A stretch of DNA of 64,000 nt. It comes from an uncultured bacterium. GTDB taxonomy: Bacteria; SAR324; NAC60-12. Position 1 is the first letter of the stretch; each line of letters begins with the position of its first letter. The stretch spans positions 30,300 through 94,299 of the forward strand of contig CBFIGY010000009.1 of NCBI GenBank assembly GCA_965662235.1. The letters run 5' to 3'. The translations under genes and the position numbers were made by a program. The notes beneath the pieces are model-generated. The model saw nothing but the letters and a program-made list of their open reading frames with translations. It did no database searches and had not been told where the DNA came from. Positions 39,780 to 48,609 of this stretch are shown in pieces.

Positions 39780-40165
39780 CGGGAGCCTCGGAAGAAGAAG
39801 AAAGCGCTGATGAGCGTGGTCCCGGCTTCAATCGCCAGCAGCTGCAGCGAGAAGCCGTGGTCCCACAGGTCATGGCGCCAGACGCCAAGGATGCGTCCAA
39901 AGGTCAGTCCGGCATAGCACACTAGCAGCACCTGCAGGGCCGTCAGGCGGAAGCTTGGTCGGATCACGCCCCAGGTCAGCAGCGCGCCAAGGGCACACTC
40001 GAGGCCCCCATACAGGGTCATCAGCTCCGCGATCCCAGCCGGATGAGCCGGAGTCAGGGAGACCTGGGTGCCCCAGGTTTCGGGGTCAATGAGGAAGAGG
40101 AGGCCCAGCCCCCAGAACGTGAGGGCGTGCAGGCCGAGCCATCCGGGAAGAAGTCGGGAAGTCAT
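39776..40165 (-). CDS. DUF4345-like 4-TM membrane protein
   Basis: Four hydrophobic segments; EL...YGG and GR..G motifs; ATGA overlap with the next gene. Confidence 0.7.
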   Translation of the reverse strand: MTSRLLPGWLGLHALTFWGLGLLFLIDPETWGTQVSLTPAHPAGIAELMTLYGGLECALGALLTWGVIRPSFRLTALQVLLVCYAGLTFGRILGVWRHDLWDHGFSLQLLAIEAGTTLISAFFFFRGSR

Positions 40166-40167
40166 GC

Positions 40168-41526
40168 TCAAGAGGAGAGTTGGGCAAACAGGTGCTTGGC
40201 GTGTTGGCTGGACGTTTTGTGCTTCACCACCGGAGCCGGGTACCCCAACAGCGCCTGCGGAGACTCTTCGAGGCGAGACAGGAGCCGAGGTGAGTAGCCC
40301 TGAAGCTCCGGAACCCAGCGATGGATGTAGCGGGCATTGGGGTCAAACCGCTGCTGCTGCAACCACGGGTTGAAGATCCGGAAGTACGGCTGCGCGTCGC
40401 ACCCCGTTGACGCCGCCCACTGCCAGCTGCCGTTGTTGACGCAGGGGTCGTAGTCCACCAGCTTCTGCGCAAAGTACCGTTCGCCCCAGCGCCAGTCGAT
40501 GTGGAGGTTCTTGGTCAGGAACGAGGCGGTGACCATCCGGGCGCGGTTGTGCATGTACCCCGTTTCATTCAGCTCGCGCATGCCGGCGTCTACCAGCGGG
40601 AAGCCGGTTTGGCCCTGACACCACCGTTCAAAGCGGTCGGGGTCCGTTTTCCACGGCACAGCGTCAAATCGCTTCTGAAACGCCTGCCCAAACACCTCTG
40701 GAAAGTGCCAAGCGATGTGGGTGAAGAAGTCCCGCCAGTAAAGCTGACGCACCAACCCGCTGTCTGCGCCCAGCGCCTGAGTGAGGGCCTGCCAGCTTTC
40801 CCGGACCGAGACCGTTCCGAACTTGTGATGAGCAGAAAGACGCGTGGTGCCAAGGTGCTCCGGAAAATCCCGTTCCGTGTCGTAGTTGCGGAACTCGGCC
40901 GCCCGTCCCAGAATCGCTAGGGCATCCGGACGCCCCCCCGGTCCCGGAGTCCCAAAGGCGTCCAGAGTTGCGGCAAAGGCAGGGTTCACCGACAGGTCCC
41001 GGGTCACAAAGGAGCCGCGGGCAAAGGGTTCCGGAGCGTCAATGACCTGCTTCTGCGCGTTCTTGTAGAAGGGGGTGAAGACGGTATAGGGGGTGCCATT
41101 GGCCTTGAGTCCGGCCTCTGGTGGCAGCAGCAGCAGGTCATCGTGGGCCCTCCAGGAGACGCCACGTTCCTCACAGAGCGTCGCGAGTTGCTGATCGCGC
41201 TGACGACTGAAGGGGGTGAAGTCCCGATTGACGTGCACCGCCTGCACCGCCTCCTGCTCAATCAGCTCCTGCAGCACCTGCTCCGGAGGGCCCTGCAGCA
41301 GGTGCAGGCGTCCTCCCACTGCGGCCAGTTCCTCCGCCAGAGCGTGAAGGGCGTTGAGGAGGAATGCAAAACCGGGCTCGCTGCGATACGGATGGGGTTC
41401 TGTTTGCCGAGGATCGAAGATGAAGGCTGCCAGAACAGGGGTGCCCTGCGCTAGAGCATGAAGCAGCCCCGTGTTGTCATGCAGACGCAGGTCCCGGCGG
41501 AAAAGAAAGAGGGACGGTTGGCTCAT
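40168..41526 (-). CDS. phr: Deoxyribodipyrimidine (class I CPD-type) photolyase
   Basis: FRRDLRLHDN, YTVFTPF, LYWRDF, GQTGFPLVDAGMREL..TGYMHNR.RM, NNGSWQW, PYFRIFNP. Confidence 0.95.
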   Translation of the reverse strand: MSQPSLFLFRRDLRLHDNTGLLHALAQGTPVLAAFIFDPRQTEPHPYRSEPGFAFLLNALHALAEELAAVGGRLHLLQGPPEQVLQELIEQEAVQAVHVNRDFTPFSRQRDQQLATLCEERGVSWRAHDDLLLLPPEAGLKANGTPYTVFTPFYKNAQKQVIDAPEPFARGSFVTRDLSVNPAFAATLDAFGTPGPGGRPDALAILGRAAEFRNYDTERDFPEHLGTTRLSAHHKFGTVSVRESWQALTQALGADSGLVRQLYWRDFFTHIAWHFPEVFGQAFQKRFDAVPWKTDPDRFERWCQGQTGFPLVDAGMRELNETGYMHNRARMVTASFLTKNLHIDWRWGERYFAQKLVDYDPCVNNGSWQWAASTGCDAQPYFRIFNPWLQQQRFDPNARYIHRWVPELQGYSPRLLSRLEESPQALLGYPAPVVKHKTSSQHAKHLFAQLSS

Positions 41527-43511
41527 CAAGCAGCCACCCCGTACTGATTGAAGACCTTGAGGATTTCTGCGTGAACCAGGTCAGGGTTTGCTTTCAGCTT
41601 GCTCGAGAATCCAGAGAAGACGTGGGCCTTGCTGCAGAGGCATCCCCGCATCGCCTCTAGGCCGTCATGCGGCAGCCGGCAGCCCTGGCTCATCAGTTCA
41701 TCATCCACTAGGAAGTCCATCACCTCGCTGAAGATCTTCTTCAACGGACGGGGCGGCACATCCAGCTGCGCGTACCGAAGGACCAGAGCCCGGATGACGT
41801 GCTGCTGGGAAATGCTGATCGTCTGGTTGCGGTGCCGCGTCGGGTAAAGCAGGTTGAAGAGGTAGGTGTCCGGAAGCCCCTTCTTCACTGGCTGCGTGAC
41901 GGATTCTAGTCGAATGCGGTCTCCCCGGAACTGCAGCGTTGGCGAAATGGGCGCCTTCCCAATCGAGTCGGCACTGTAGAAGGCAAACTTGACATCCACT
42001 TCCTCTAGGTCCTGCGTCAGGGGGCTGACGTAGCTCAGGTGCAGGTCCAGCTCTCGATCTTGTCGGGTCTGGATGCGTCCGAAGTGACCGAACTTGACGT
42101 ATTCAGCGCCGTCCAGAATCTCCTTGAGCTGTTCTCGTGCCTGCTCCAGATTGTGGATGGTCCAGAGCTTGGAATCATGAGCCCGAAAGGTTTCCCACAG
42201 GCGCGCGTAGCCGGTTGCCTTGCGGAGCACATTGGGGGCATGACTGGGCGGAGGCGCCACCTCCACCTCGCTGAAAGTCGGGTCGGAGCTGAAGTCCCGG
42301 AGCGTTAGCTGCTCCTGCTCTGCAAGCGCGCAGGCCCGCTGGATGACGTTTTCCAGCTCCCGGATGTTGCCCTGCCAGGAGAGTCCCGAAAGCCACTGCA
42401 GAGCTTCAGGCTCAATGCCCCGGACCATCGGATTGAGGTTTCCGCACTTCTCCACAAAGTGCTGAGCCAGCAGCGGAATGTCCTCAATGCGTTCCCGCAG
42501 GCTGGGGACATGGATGGAGAAAACGTTCAGGCGGTACAGGAGGTCCTCCCGGAACTGACGGGCCTTGACGAGTTCTTCCAGAGACTGGTTGGTGGCGCTG
42601 ATGACGCGCACGTTCACCTTCAGGGTCCGGGTGCTGCCCACCGGAAGAATCTCTCCTTCCTGCAGCATGCGCAGCAGCTTCACCTGCAGCGGCAGAGGCG
42701 TGTCGCCAATTTCGTCCAGAAAGAGCGTTCCACCATCTGCGAGCTTCACCAGGCCTTCCTTCTTATTGATGGCCCCGGTGAAGGATCCCTTCTCGTGCCC
42801 AAACAGCTCACTTTCAAACAGTTCTGCGGGAATGGCGCCACAGTTGACTGCCACAAAGGGTCCTCCGGAACGGCGGCTGTACTTATAGATCTCCCGAGCC
42901 ACCAACTCCTTGCCGCTCCCGGTTTCGCCCCGAATGAGCACTGGACCATCGAGCGGGGCAAACTTGTGCACCAGCCCCAGCATCTCCTGAAAGCGTGCCG
43001 ACTGCCCCACCAGCGCGTGCGGACGTTCCACAGCACGCATGCGGAGCGATTCGTTCAGCTGGTACTCACTGGAGTAGGCCTTGCGCTGCTGCAACAGCTT
43101 CTGCGCCCGCAAAAGAGCATCCTGCATCTTCCGGGAGTCAAACGGCTTGGAAATGTAATCGTCAAAGCCACAGTCCCGGAAAGCGGACACGAGCGTCTCT
43201 GTGCTCTCAAAGCCGGTGACCATCACTGTCACCAGGTTGGGGTAGAGCTCCCGGAGGCGCTTGCCCAGTTCCAAACCATCCACCTCCGGCATTTGCTTGT
43301 CCAGCAACACCAGGTCGTACTCACTGACCATGCTGGCGCCGTTGTGCATCAGCGGCTCCCCGTTGGCTAAATAGTCGAACTGGTAACTGGTCCCTCGGAA
43401 CCATCCTTTGACCAGAGCCTCGACATAAGGCTCATCGTCAATGATTAAGATTTTCATGGACTCCTTGGAGTGAGCGTCTCCGGAGGCAGGCTTCTGGCTG
43501 TGTTCTTTCAA
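41526..43511 (-). CDS. Sigma-54-dependent response regulator (REC-AAA+) with atypical ~240 aa C-terminal domain; alternative start ATG 43457
   Basis: IIDDE/LLDKQMP/SKPF receiver; GETGSGKE, ESELFGHEKGSFTGA, LFLDEIG, FREDLLYRLNV, WQGNIRELEN. Confidence 0.92.
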   Translation of the reverse strand: MKEHSQKPASGDAHSKESMKILIIDDEPYVEALVKGWFRGTSYQFDYLANGEPLMHNGASMVSEYDLVLLDKQMPEVDGLELGKRLRELYPNLVTVMVTGFESTETLVSAFRDCGFDDYISKPFDSRKMQDALLRAQKLLQQRKAYSSEYQLNESLRMRAVERPHALVGQSARFQEMLGLVHKFAPLDGPVLIRGETGSGKELVAREIYKYSRRSGGPFVAVNCGAIPAELFESELFGHEKGSFTGAINKKEGLVKLADGGTLFLDEIGDTPLPLQVKLLRMLQEGEILPVGSTRTLKVNVRVISATNQSLEELVKARQFREDLLYRLNVFSIHVPSLRERIEDIPLLAQHFVEKCGNLNPMVRGIEPEALQWLSGLSWQGNIRELENVIQRACALAEQEQLTLRDFSSDPTFSEVEVAPPPSHAPNVLRKATGYARLWETFRAHDSKLWTIHNLEQAREQLKEILDGAEYVKFGHFGRIQTRQDRELDLHLSYVSPLTQDLEEVDVKFAFYSADSIGKAPISPTLQFRGDRIRLESVTQPVKKGLPDTYLFNLLYPTRHRNQTISISQQHVIRALVLRYAQLDVPPRPLKKIFSEVMDFLVDDELMSQGCRLPHDGLEAMRGCLCSKAHVFSGFSSKLKANPDLVHAEILKVFNQYGVAA

Positions 43512-43640
43512 GCCAGCCTCTCCGAGAGTTGTCGCAAAAGCAGATCATTTCCCTTCCCCTGTCTGCATTTCGGGCACCAAACCGTCCCAGCCCCTATTTC
43601 ACGTGAGAATTCGTCAATTTCGTGTTAGTTTTCAAAAGAA

Positions 43641-43683
43641 AAACGGAAACCCGTTTACTATTTTCTCATATTAGCTCATATTA
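43641..43683. promoter_or_regulatory. Candidate regulator-binding motifs in the divergent promoter
   Basis: Inverted repeat AAACGG-aaac-CCGTTT (43641-43656); direct repeat CTCATATTA at 43665 and 43675. Confidence 0.5.
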
Positions 43684-43797
43684 CAATAAATTTGTCACGA
43701 GTTTCCCCGCCCCCCAGGGACACTCAGACGGAAGCTTCCCGCGAACTCTTCTGCGTGTTCGCAGAACCTCATCTCACCTCCACTCCGAAAGCACGCT

Positions 43798-45303
43798 ATG
43801 GATACCACACGAATCGTGCTGCCGATGCCCGCCTTTTTACAGGCCGCGCTGGACGCGCTGGACGCCCACCTGGCAATTCTGGATGGATCAGGAGAGATTG
43901 TTGCGGTCAATGCGGCTTGGCGGCAGTTTGGCATGGAAAACGGGTGGGAGGAGTCTAGCAGTGGCATTGGAAGCAACTACCTGAAGGTCTGCGAGACCGC
44001 CTGTGGCGCCGAAAAAGAAGAGGCCAACCTGATTGCGGAGCGCCTGAAGCGGGTGCTGGAAGGCGAGCTGCAGAGCTTCGAGTGGGAATACCCCTGCCAT
44101 TCTCCGCAGGAGCGCCGCTGGTTCATGCTCCGGGCCATCGCGTTTTGTGCTGAGGGGCAACGCTGGGCGGCGATCTCGCATGAGAGCGTGACCCCCCGGA
44201 AGTACATGGAGGAGCAGCTCAGCCTGATTCGCCGCGCCGTGGAGGACACGCAGGAGGGCATCACCATCGCCGACTTCCAGCGTCCGGATCGTCCCATCAT
44301 TTACGCCAATGGCGCCTTCACCCGCATCACGGGTTATGAAGCCGAAGAGGTCATTGGGAAGAACTGCCGCTTCCTGCAGGGAGATGAGACCGCGTCTGAG
44401 GCAGTTGAGGAGATCCGTGCCGCTTTGCGTGAAGAACGCCCCTGCCGGGTGGAGCTGCTCAACTACCGAAAGGACGGCACCCCCTTCTGGAACCAGCTCT
44501 CGCTGGGCCCGCTCAAAAACGAACAGGGTCAGATCACCCACTACGTGGGGGTCCAGATGGAAATCACGGAGAAGAAGTCTCTGGAAGAAGAGCTCAAGAT
44601 GCTCAATGCCAACAAGGACAAGCTCTTCTCAGTCATTTCCCACGACCTCAAGAGCCCCTTTCACTCCATCCTCGGATTCTCCGAAATCCTCTCCGGCGAC
44701 CTCCAGGGCTTCACTCCGGATGAGCTGCGTTCCTACGCGGAACACATTCACACCGGCGCCCGGAACCTGCTCAACCTCATTGAAAACCTGATGCAGTGGA
44801 CGCGTCTGCAGTCCGGAAAGCTCGGGTATGCGCCTGAACCACTGGGCATGACGGATCTGGTGGAAAACACCTTTGAGCTGGTGCGCGGAAATGCGATGCG
44901 GAAGGGGATTGCGCTGCGGCACGATGTGCCCCGGAACCTGCGGATCTTTGCCGACAGCACCATGATGTCGCTGGTGCTGCAGAACCTGCTCACCAACGCC
45001 GTCAAGTTCACGCACACCGGAGGCTGTGTGGCCGTGGAAGCCTGGATGGAAGGGCGGGACGTCCTTGTGCAGATTCAGGATGAAGGGGTGGGGATGACAC
45101 CTGAACAGCAGGCCCGCCTGTTCCGACTCGATCAGACAGGCACCACCCTCGGCACCGCCAATGAGAAGGGAACCGGCCTCGGTCTGATCCTCTGCAAGGA
45201 ACTCATGGAGCTCCAGTACGGCGCCCTGCACCTCCAGAGTGCTCCCGGACAGGGCACGAAGGTCACGCTTTCCCTGCCCTCAGAACGGCCTCACCTGTCC
45301 TAA
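43798..45303 (+). CDS. PAS-LOV-histidine kinase (putative blue-light sensor)
   Basis: GKNCRFLQG at 44356-44382, NYRKDG, FWN, VGVQ; HisKA SHDLKSP; NLLTNAVKFT, DEGVG, GTGLGL; no TM segment. Confidence 0.93.
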   Translation: MDTTRIVLPMPAFLQAALDALDAHLAILDGSGEIVAVNAAWRQFGMENGWEESSSGIGSNYLKVCETACGAEKEEANLIAERLKRVLEGELQSFEWEYPCHSPQERRWFMLRAIAFCAEGQRWAAISHESVTPRKYMEEQLSLIRRAVEDTQEGITIADFQRPDRPIIYANGAFTRITGYEAEEVIGKNCRFLQGDETASEAVEEIRAALREERPCRVELLNYRKDGTPFWNQLSLGPLKNEQGQITHYVGVQMEITEKKSLEEELKMLNANKDKLFSVISHDLKSPFHSILGFSEILSGDLQGFTPDELRSYAEHIHTGARNLLNLIENLMQWTRLQSGKLGYAPEPLGMTDLVENTFELVRGNAMRKGIALRHDVPRNLRIFADSTMMSLVLQNLLTNAVKFTHTGGCVAVEAWMEGRDVLVQIQDEGVGMTPEQQARLFRLDQTGTTLGTANEKGTGLGLILCKELMELQYGALHLQSAPGQGTKVTLSLPSERPHLS

Positions 45304-46172
45304 CGGGTCCGGGTGAAGGAGTAGAGAAACTCGCCCTCGTCATTGAAGAAGTGAGCCTCCAGCCGAGTGGGGGTCACTTCCATCCACACGTACCCCATCG
45401 TCTCCTCCAAAAACTCGCCCTCGGGCACATCGGAATACGCCGCCGGGTGGATGGGATTCCCGCCCCCGCCGGAGGTAATGAGGTCGATTCCTCCCCAGCG
45501 GGTGTGCTCCAGCAGGTGGTTGTGTCCGGCGCAGTAAACGTCGGGGCGGGACCACTTGATGAGCTGCCGCTCCAGCCAGGTCATGCCGCGGTGCCTGCCC
45601 CGGGTGGCAAGGGGACGGTGTCCAAAGACCAGGCGCCAGGGGGTCCGTTTGGGACGCTGCAGGGTCCACAGGGAGCAGACGGTGCAGGTGGTGTTGATGC
45701 CAAACAGCTCCAGCGGCCCTGCCTGAAAGGAGTAGTTGACGCCGGGCATCAACCATCGCTCGCTTTGGTAACTGTAGGCAATCTGCGCCCTCCAGTCTCC
45801 CCGGAGGTCGTGGTTCCCCAGCACTGCATAGAAGGGCAGCTGGTGCTCATAGACCTCCTCAAACTTGGTCCGCCACTGCTCATCCTCCAGCCCTGACACT
45901 CCTTCTTGGATGAAGTTGTCTCCCAGCAGCAAAACGAAGTCCGCCCCGCGCTCCTGGCAGGTCTTCCAGCTGTTCTGGGCAACGCGGTGCTGGTCCGGAT
46001 TCCCTGAACCGGTGTCGCCTAGGATGAGGAAGCGGGTGACCTCAGCTTCCGGGTGCAGGTCCAAAGGCTGTTTCCAGGCCAGGTGCTCTGGAGTGAAGCA
46101 GGCTTTTTTGTCAAGGGCTTGCCACCCGGGAAACCGGAAGGTGGGGGTGGCTGTCAGCGAGGATGCAGGCAT
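45300..46172 (-). CDS. Metallophosphoesterase (purple acid phosphatase-like)
   Basis: GDTG, LGDNF, LGNHD, GHRP, GHNH. Confidence 0.88.
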   Translation of the reverse strand: MPASSLTATPTFRFPGWQALDKKACFTPEHLAWKQPLDLHPEAEVTRFLILGDTGSGNPDQHRVAQNSWKTCQERGADFVLLLGDNFIQEGVSGLEDEQWRTKFEEVYEHQLPFYAVLGNHDLRGDWRAQIAYSYQSERWLMPGVNYSFQAGPLELFGINTTCTVCSLWTLQRPKRTPWRLVFGHRPLATRGRHRGMTWLERQLIKWSRPDVYCAGHNHLLEHTRWGGIDLITSGGGGNPIHPAAYSDVPEGEFLEETMGYVWMEVTPTRLEAHFFNDEGEFLYSFTRTR

Positions 46173-46184
46173 GAGATCGCAGGG

Positions 46185-46538
46185 TTAGAGCAGTTTGACC
46201 TTCCACCCCTTGGCTTCCAGCAGGGGCTGCAGTTTGGTTCGGTGATCGCCCTGAAGCTCCATCACGCCCTCCTGCACGGTGCCGCCGGAGCCGCACTGCT
46301 TCTTGAGGGTCTTGAGCAGGGCATTCAGATCCGCCGGCGCCAGCGGGACCCCAGCGACCAGGGTCACCGCCTTTCCCTTGCGTCCCTTGGCGGAGAAGCT
46401 CAGCCGGACGGTTCCCGGAGGGTCCTTCGGGTGAGCCGACGGGTTGCAGGCGCATTGGTTCACCGGCGCGCCACACTTGGGACAGAGGGCGCCCGATTCG
46501 CTGGAGTACACCAGCACAGAATCAGCGGAACGCTTCAT
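46185..46538 (-). CDS. yciH: SUI1-family translation factor
   Basis: LVYSS, C..C...C.C, KGRKGK.VT, LKKQCGSGGTV, ELQGDH. Confidence 0.92.
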   Translation of the reverse strand: MKRSADSVLVYSSESGALCPKCGAPVNQCACNPSAHPKDPPGTVRLSFSAKGRKGKAVTLVAGVPLAPADLNALLKTLKKQCGSGGTVQEGVMELQGDHRTKLQPLLEAKGWKVKLL

Positions 46539-46556
46539 GGGAAAGGCGGTTGCGAA

Positions 46557-47039
46557 TCAGTGGTGGTGTCCGCCTTCACCGTGCACGTGGCCGTGCTCCA
46601 GCTCCTCATCGGTGGCTTCCCGGACGCTGTCGATGGTGACATCGAAGTGCAGGCGTTCCCCAGCCAGGTCGTGGTTGGCGTCCACAGTCACGTTGTCTCC
46701 CTCAATGGCCGCAATCCGCACCGGAATCTGGCCATCATCGGTCTGAGCCTGGAAGCGCATGCCGACTTCCAGCGTTTCCACCCCCTGAAAGGCGGCGCGG
46801 GGCACCTGCTGGACCAGCTCCTCATTGAACTCTCCATAAGCGTCCTGCGGCTCAATCACGACATTGAGGGAGTCACCGGCCTTGCTGCCCACCAGCGCAT
46901 TCTCCAGCCCCTTGATGATGTTCCCTCCTCCCTGAAGGAACATCAGCGGCGCCTGCCCTTCCGAGGAGTCGATGATATCTCCGGAGTCGTTCTTGAGCGT
47001 GTAGTGCATGCCGACGACCATGTTGTTTTGAACTTCCAT
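46557..47039 (-). CDS. slyD: FKBP-type peptidyl-prolyl isomerase
   Basis: IDSS...P, GLENAL, AYG, DANH.LAG..L.F, His-rich tail. Confidence 0.93.
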   Translation of the reverse strand: MEVQNNMVVGMHYTLKNDSGDIIDSSEGQAPLMFLQGGGNIIKGLENALVGSKAGDSLNVVIEPQDAYGEFNEELVQQVPRAAFQGVETLEVGMRFQAQTDDGQIPVRIAAIEGDNVTVDANHDLAGERLHFDVTIDSVREATDEELEHGHVHGEGGHHH

Positions 47040-47130
47040 CCAGTCTTCTCCATCAGACTGTTCCAAAGGAGTTGAAGCGGAGGCGAATTCCTCGGCACCT
47101 CAGGCTCCTTCAAGTGCTGAAACCGGGGTT

Positions 47131-48063
47131 TCAGAGATAGCCCTCACTTGCAGAGAGCCGCTCGAAGTAGCGTTGGAGCCCTTCTTCGAGAGAGAGAAAC
47201 GCGTGGGAGTAGCCGGCGGCTCGGACCTGGGTGAGGTCGGCTTCGGTAAACTCCTGGTACTTGCCCTTGAGGTCGTCTGGGAAGGGGATGAACTCCAGGG
47301 TTCCCTGTCCCTGCTGCTCCTTGAGGAGCCGACCGATGTCCTCAAAGCTCCGGGCCTGACCGGTGCCGCAGTTGAAGATGCCACTCACTCCGGACTTCCA
47401 GAAGTGCAGGTTCATGCGCACCGTGTCGTCCACGTGAATGAAGTCCCGGCGGAAGCGATCACTGCCCTCAAAGAGCTTCATCGTCCCTGTTTCCTGCAGC
47501 TGGTGGAAGAGGTGAAAGGCCACAGAGGCCATGCGCCCCTTGTGGTTCTCCTGCGGGCCATAGACGTTGAAGTAGCGGAGCCCCAGCACCTGACTCCGGG
47601 CCTGGGGCATCAGCCGACGCACGTAGTTGTCAAAGGAAAACTTAGAGTAGGCGTAGACGTTCAGCGGGTACTCGCACTGCGGGTGCTCCGCAAAGCCGTC
47701 GTCACCGTTTCCATAAACCGAGGCACTTGAGGCATAGAGGAACGGAATGCCCCGCTCCAGGCACCAGTGCAGGAGCTGCTTCGAGTACTGGTAGTTGTTC
47801 CGCATCATGTACTCGCCATCGCTCTCCGTCGTCGCGGAGCATGCGCCCTGATGGAACACCGCCTTCACCGACGACAGGGACTTCAGGCGGTCTGGAAACT
47901 CAAACTTGTCCAGAAAGTCTGCGATCTTGAGGCGGTTCAGGTTCCGGTGCTTGGCCGCATTCTTGAGGTTGTCCACCACCAAGATGTTGTCCTCTCCGGC
48001 TTCATTCAGCCCACGGACAAGGTTGCTCCCAATGAATCCGGCGCCGCCGGTGACAATGATCAT
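47131..48063 (-). CDS. hldD: ADP-L-glycero-D-manno-heptose 6-epimerase
   Basis: TGGAGFIGSN, HQGACSATTE, YASSASVYG, YFNVYGP.E.HKG.MAS, KYQ.FT.AD. Confidence 0.95.
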   Translation of the reverse strand: MIIVTGGAGFIGSNLVRGLNEAGEDNILVVDNLKNAAKHRNLNRLKIADFLDKFEFPDRLKSLSSVKAVFHQGACSATTESDGEYMMRNNYQYSKQLLHWCLERGIPFLYASSASVYGNGDDGFAEHPQCEYPLNVYAYSKFSFDNYVRRLMPQARSQVLGLRYFNVYGPQENHKGRMASVAFHLFHQLQETGTMKLFEGSDRFRRDFIHVDDTVRMNLHFWKSGVSGIFNCGTGQARSFEDIGRLLKEQQGQGTLEFIPFPDDLKGKYQEFTEADLTQVRAAGYSHAFLSLEEGLQRYFERLSASEGYL

Positions 48064-48100
48064 GTTGGGTTTCAGGAAAGGAGTGGAAGGTCAGCGAAGG

Positions 48101-48601
48101 TTAGCGAGGCGTCCCTGCCGCTTGAATGCGGGAGACGATCGTGCTGGTGGAGCGTCCGGGGACAAAGGGGATGATCCGCACCTCTCCGCCCTGCTCCGTC
48201 ACCGTGTCGTAGCCCACGATCTCTTCGGCCACGTAGTCCCCGCCCTTCACCAGAACGTCTGGGAGGACTTCCTTGATGAGCCGATCCGGAGTTTCCTCCT
48301 CAAACAGCACCACCAGTGTGACCGACTCCAACGCGGCCAGAACCAGCGCTCGGTCATCTTGATGCACAATGGGACGAGAGGGGCCTTTGAGGAGCTGCAC
48401 CGAGGCGTCTGCATTGAGGCCCAGGATCAGGGCATCGCCCAGCGCCCGGGCATCGTGAAGGTAACGGACGTGTCCGGCGTGCAGGAGGTCAAAGCAGCCG
48501 TTGGTGAAGACCAAACGCCGGCCTTGCTCCCGGAGGCCCTGCAGGCGTTCCGGAAGCTCAGCCCGTGAGACGATTTTGGACTCAAGCGGAGGAGGAGTCA
48601 C
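48101..48601 (-). CDS. rfaE2: D-glycero-beta-D-manno-heptose 1-phosphate adenylyltransferase (stand-alone)
   Basis: VFTNGCFDLLHAGH, GLN.D.SV..LKG..RP, LVKGGDY, STS. Confidence 0.92.
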   Translation of the reverse strand: MTPPPLESKIVSRAELPERLQGLREQGRRLVFTNGCFDLLHAGHVRYLHDARALGDALILGLNADASVQLLKGPSRPIVHQDDRALVLAALESVTLVVLFEEETPDRLIKEVLPDVLVKGGDYVAEEIVGYDTVTEQGGEVRIIPFVPGRSTSTIVSRIQAAGTPR

Positions 48602-48609
48602 AGAGGGGA

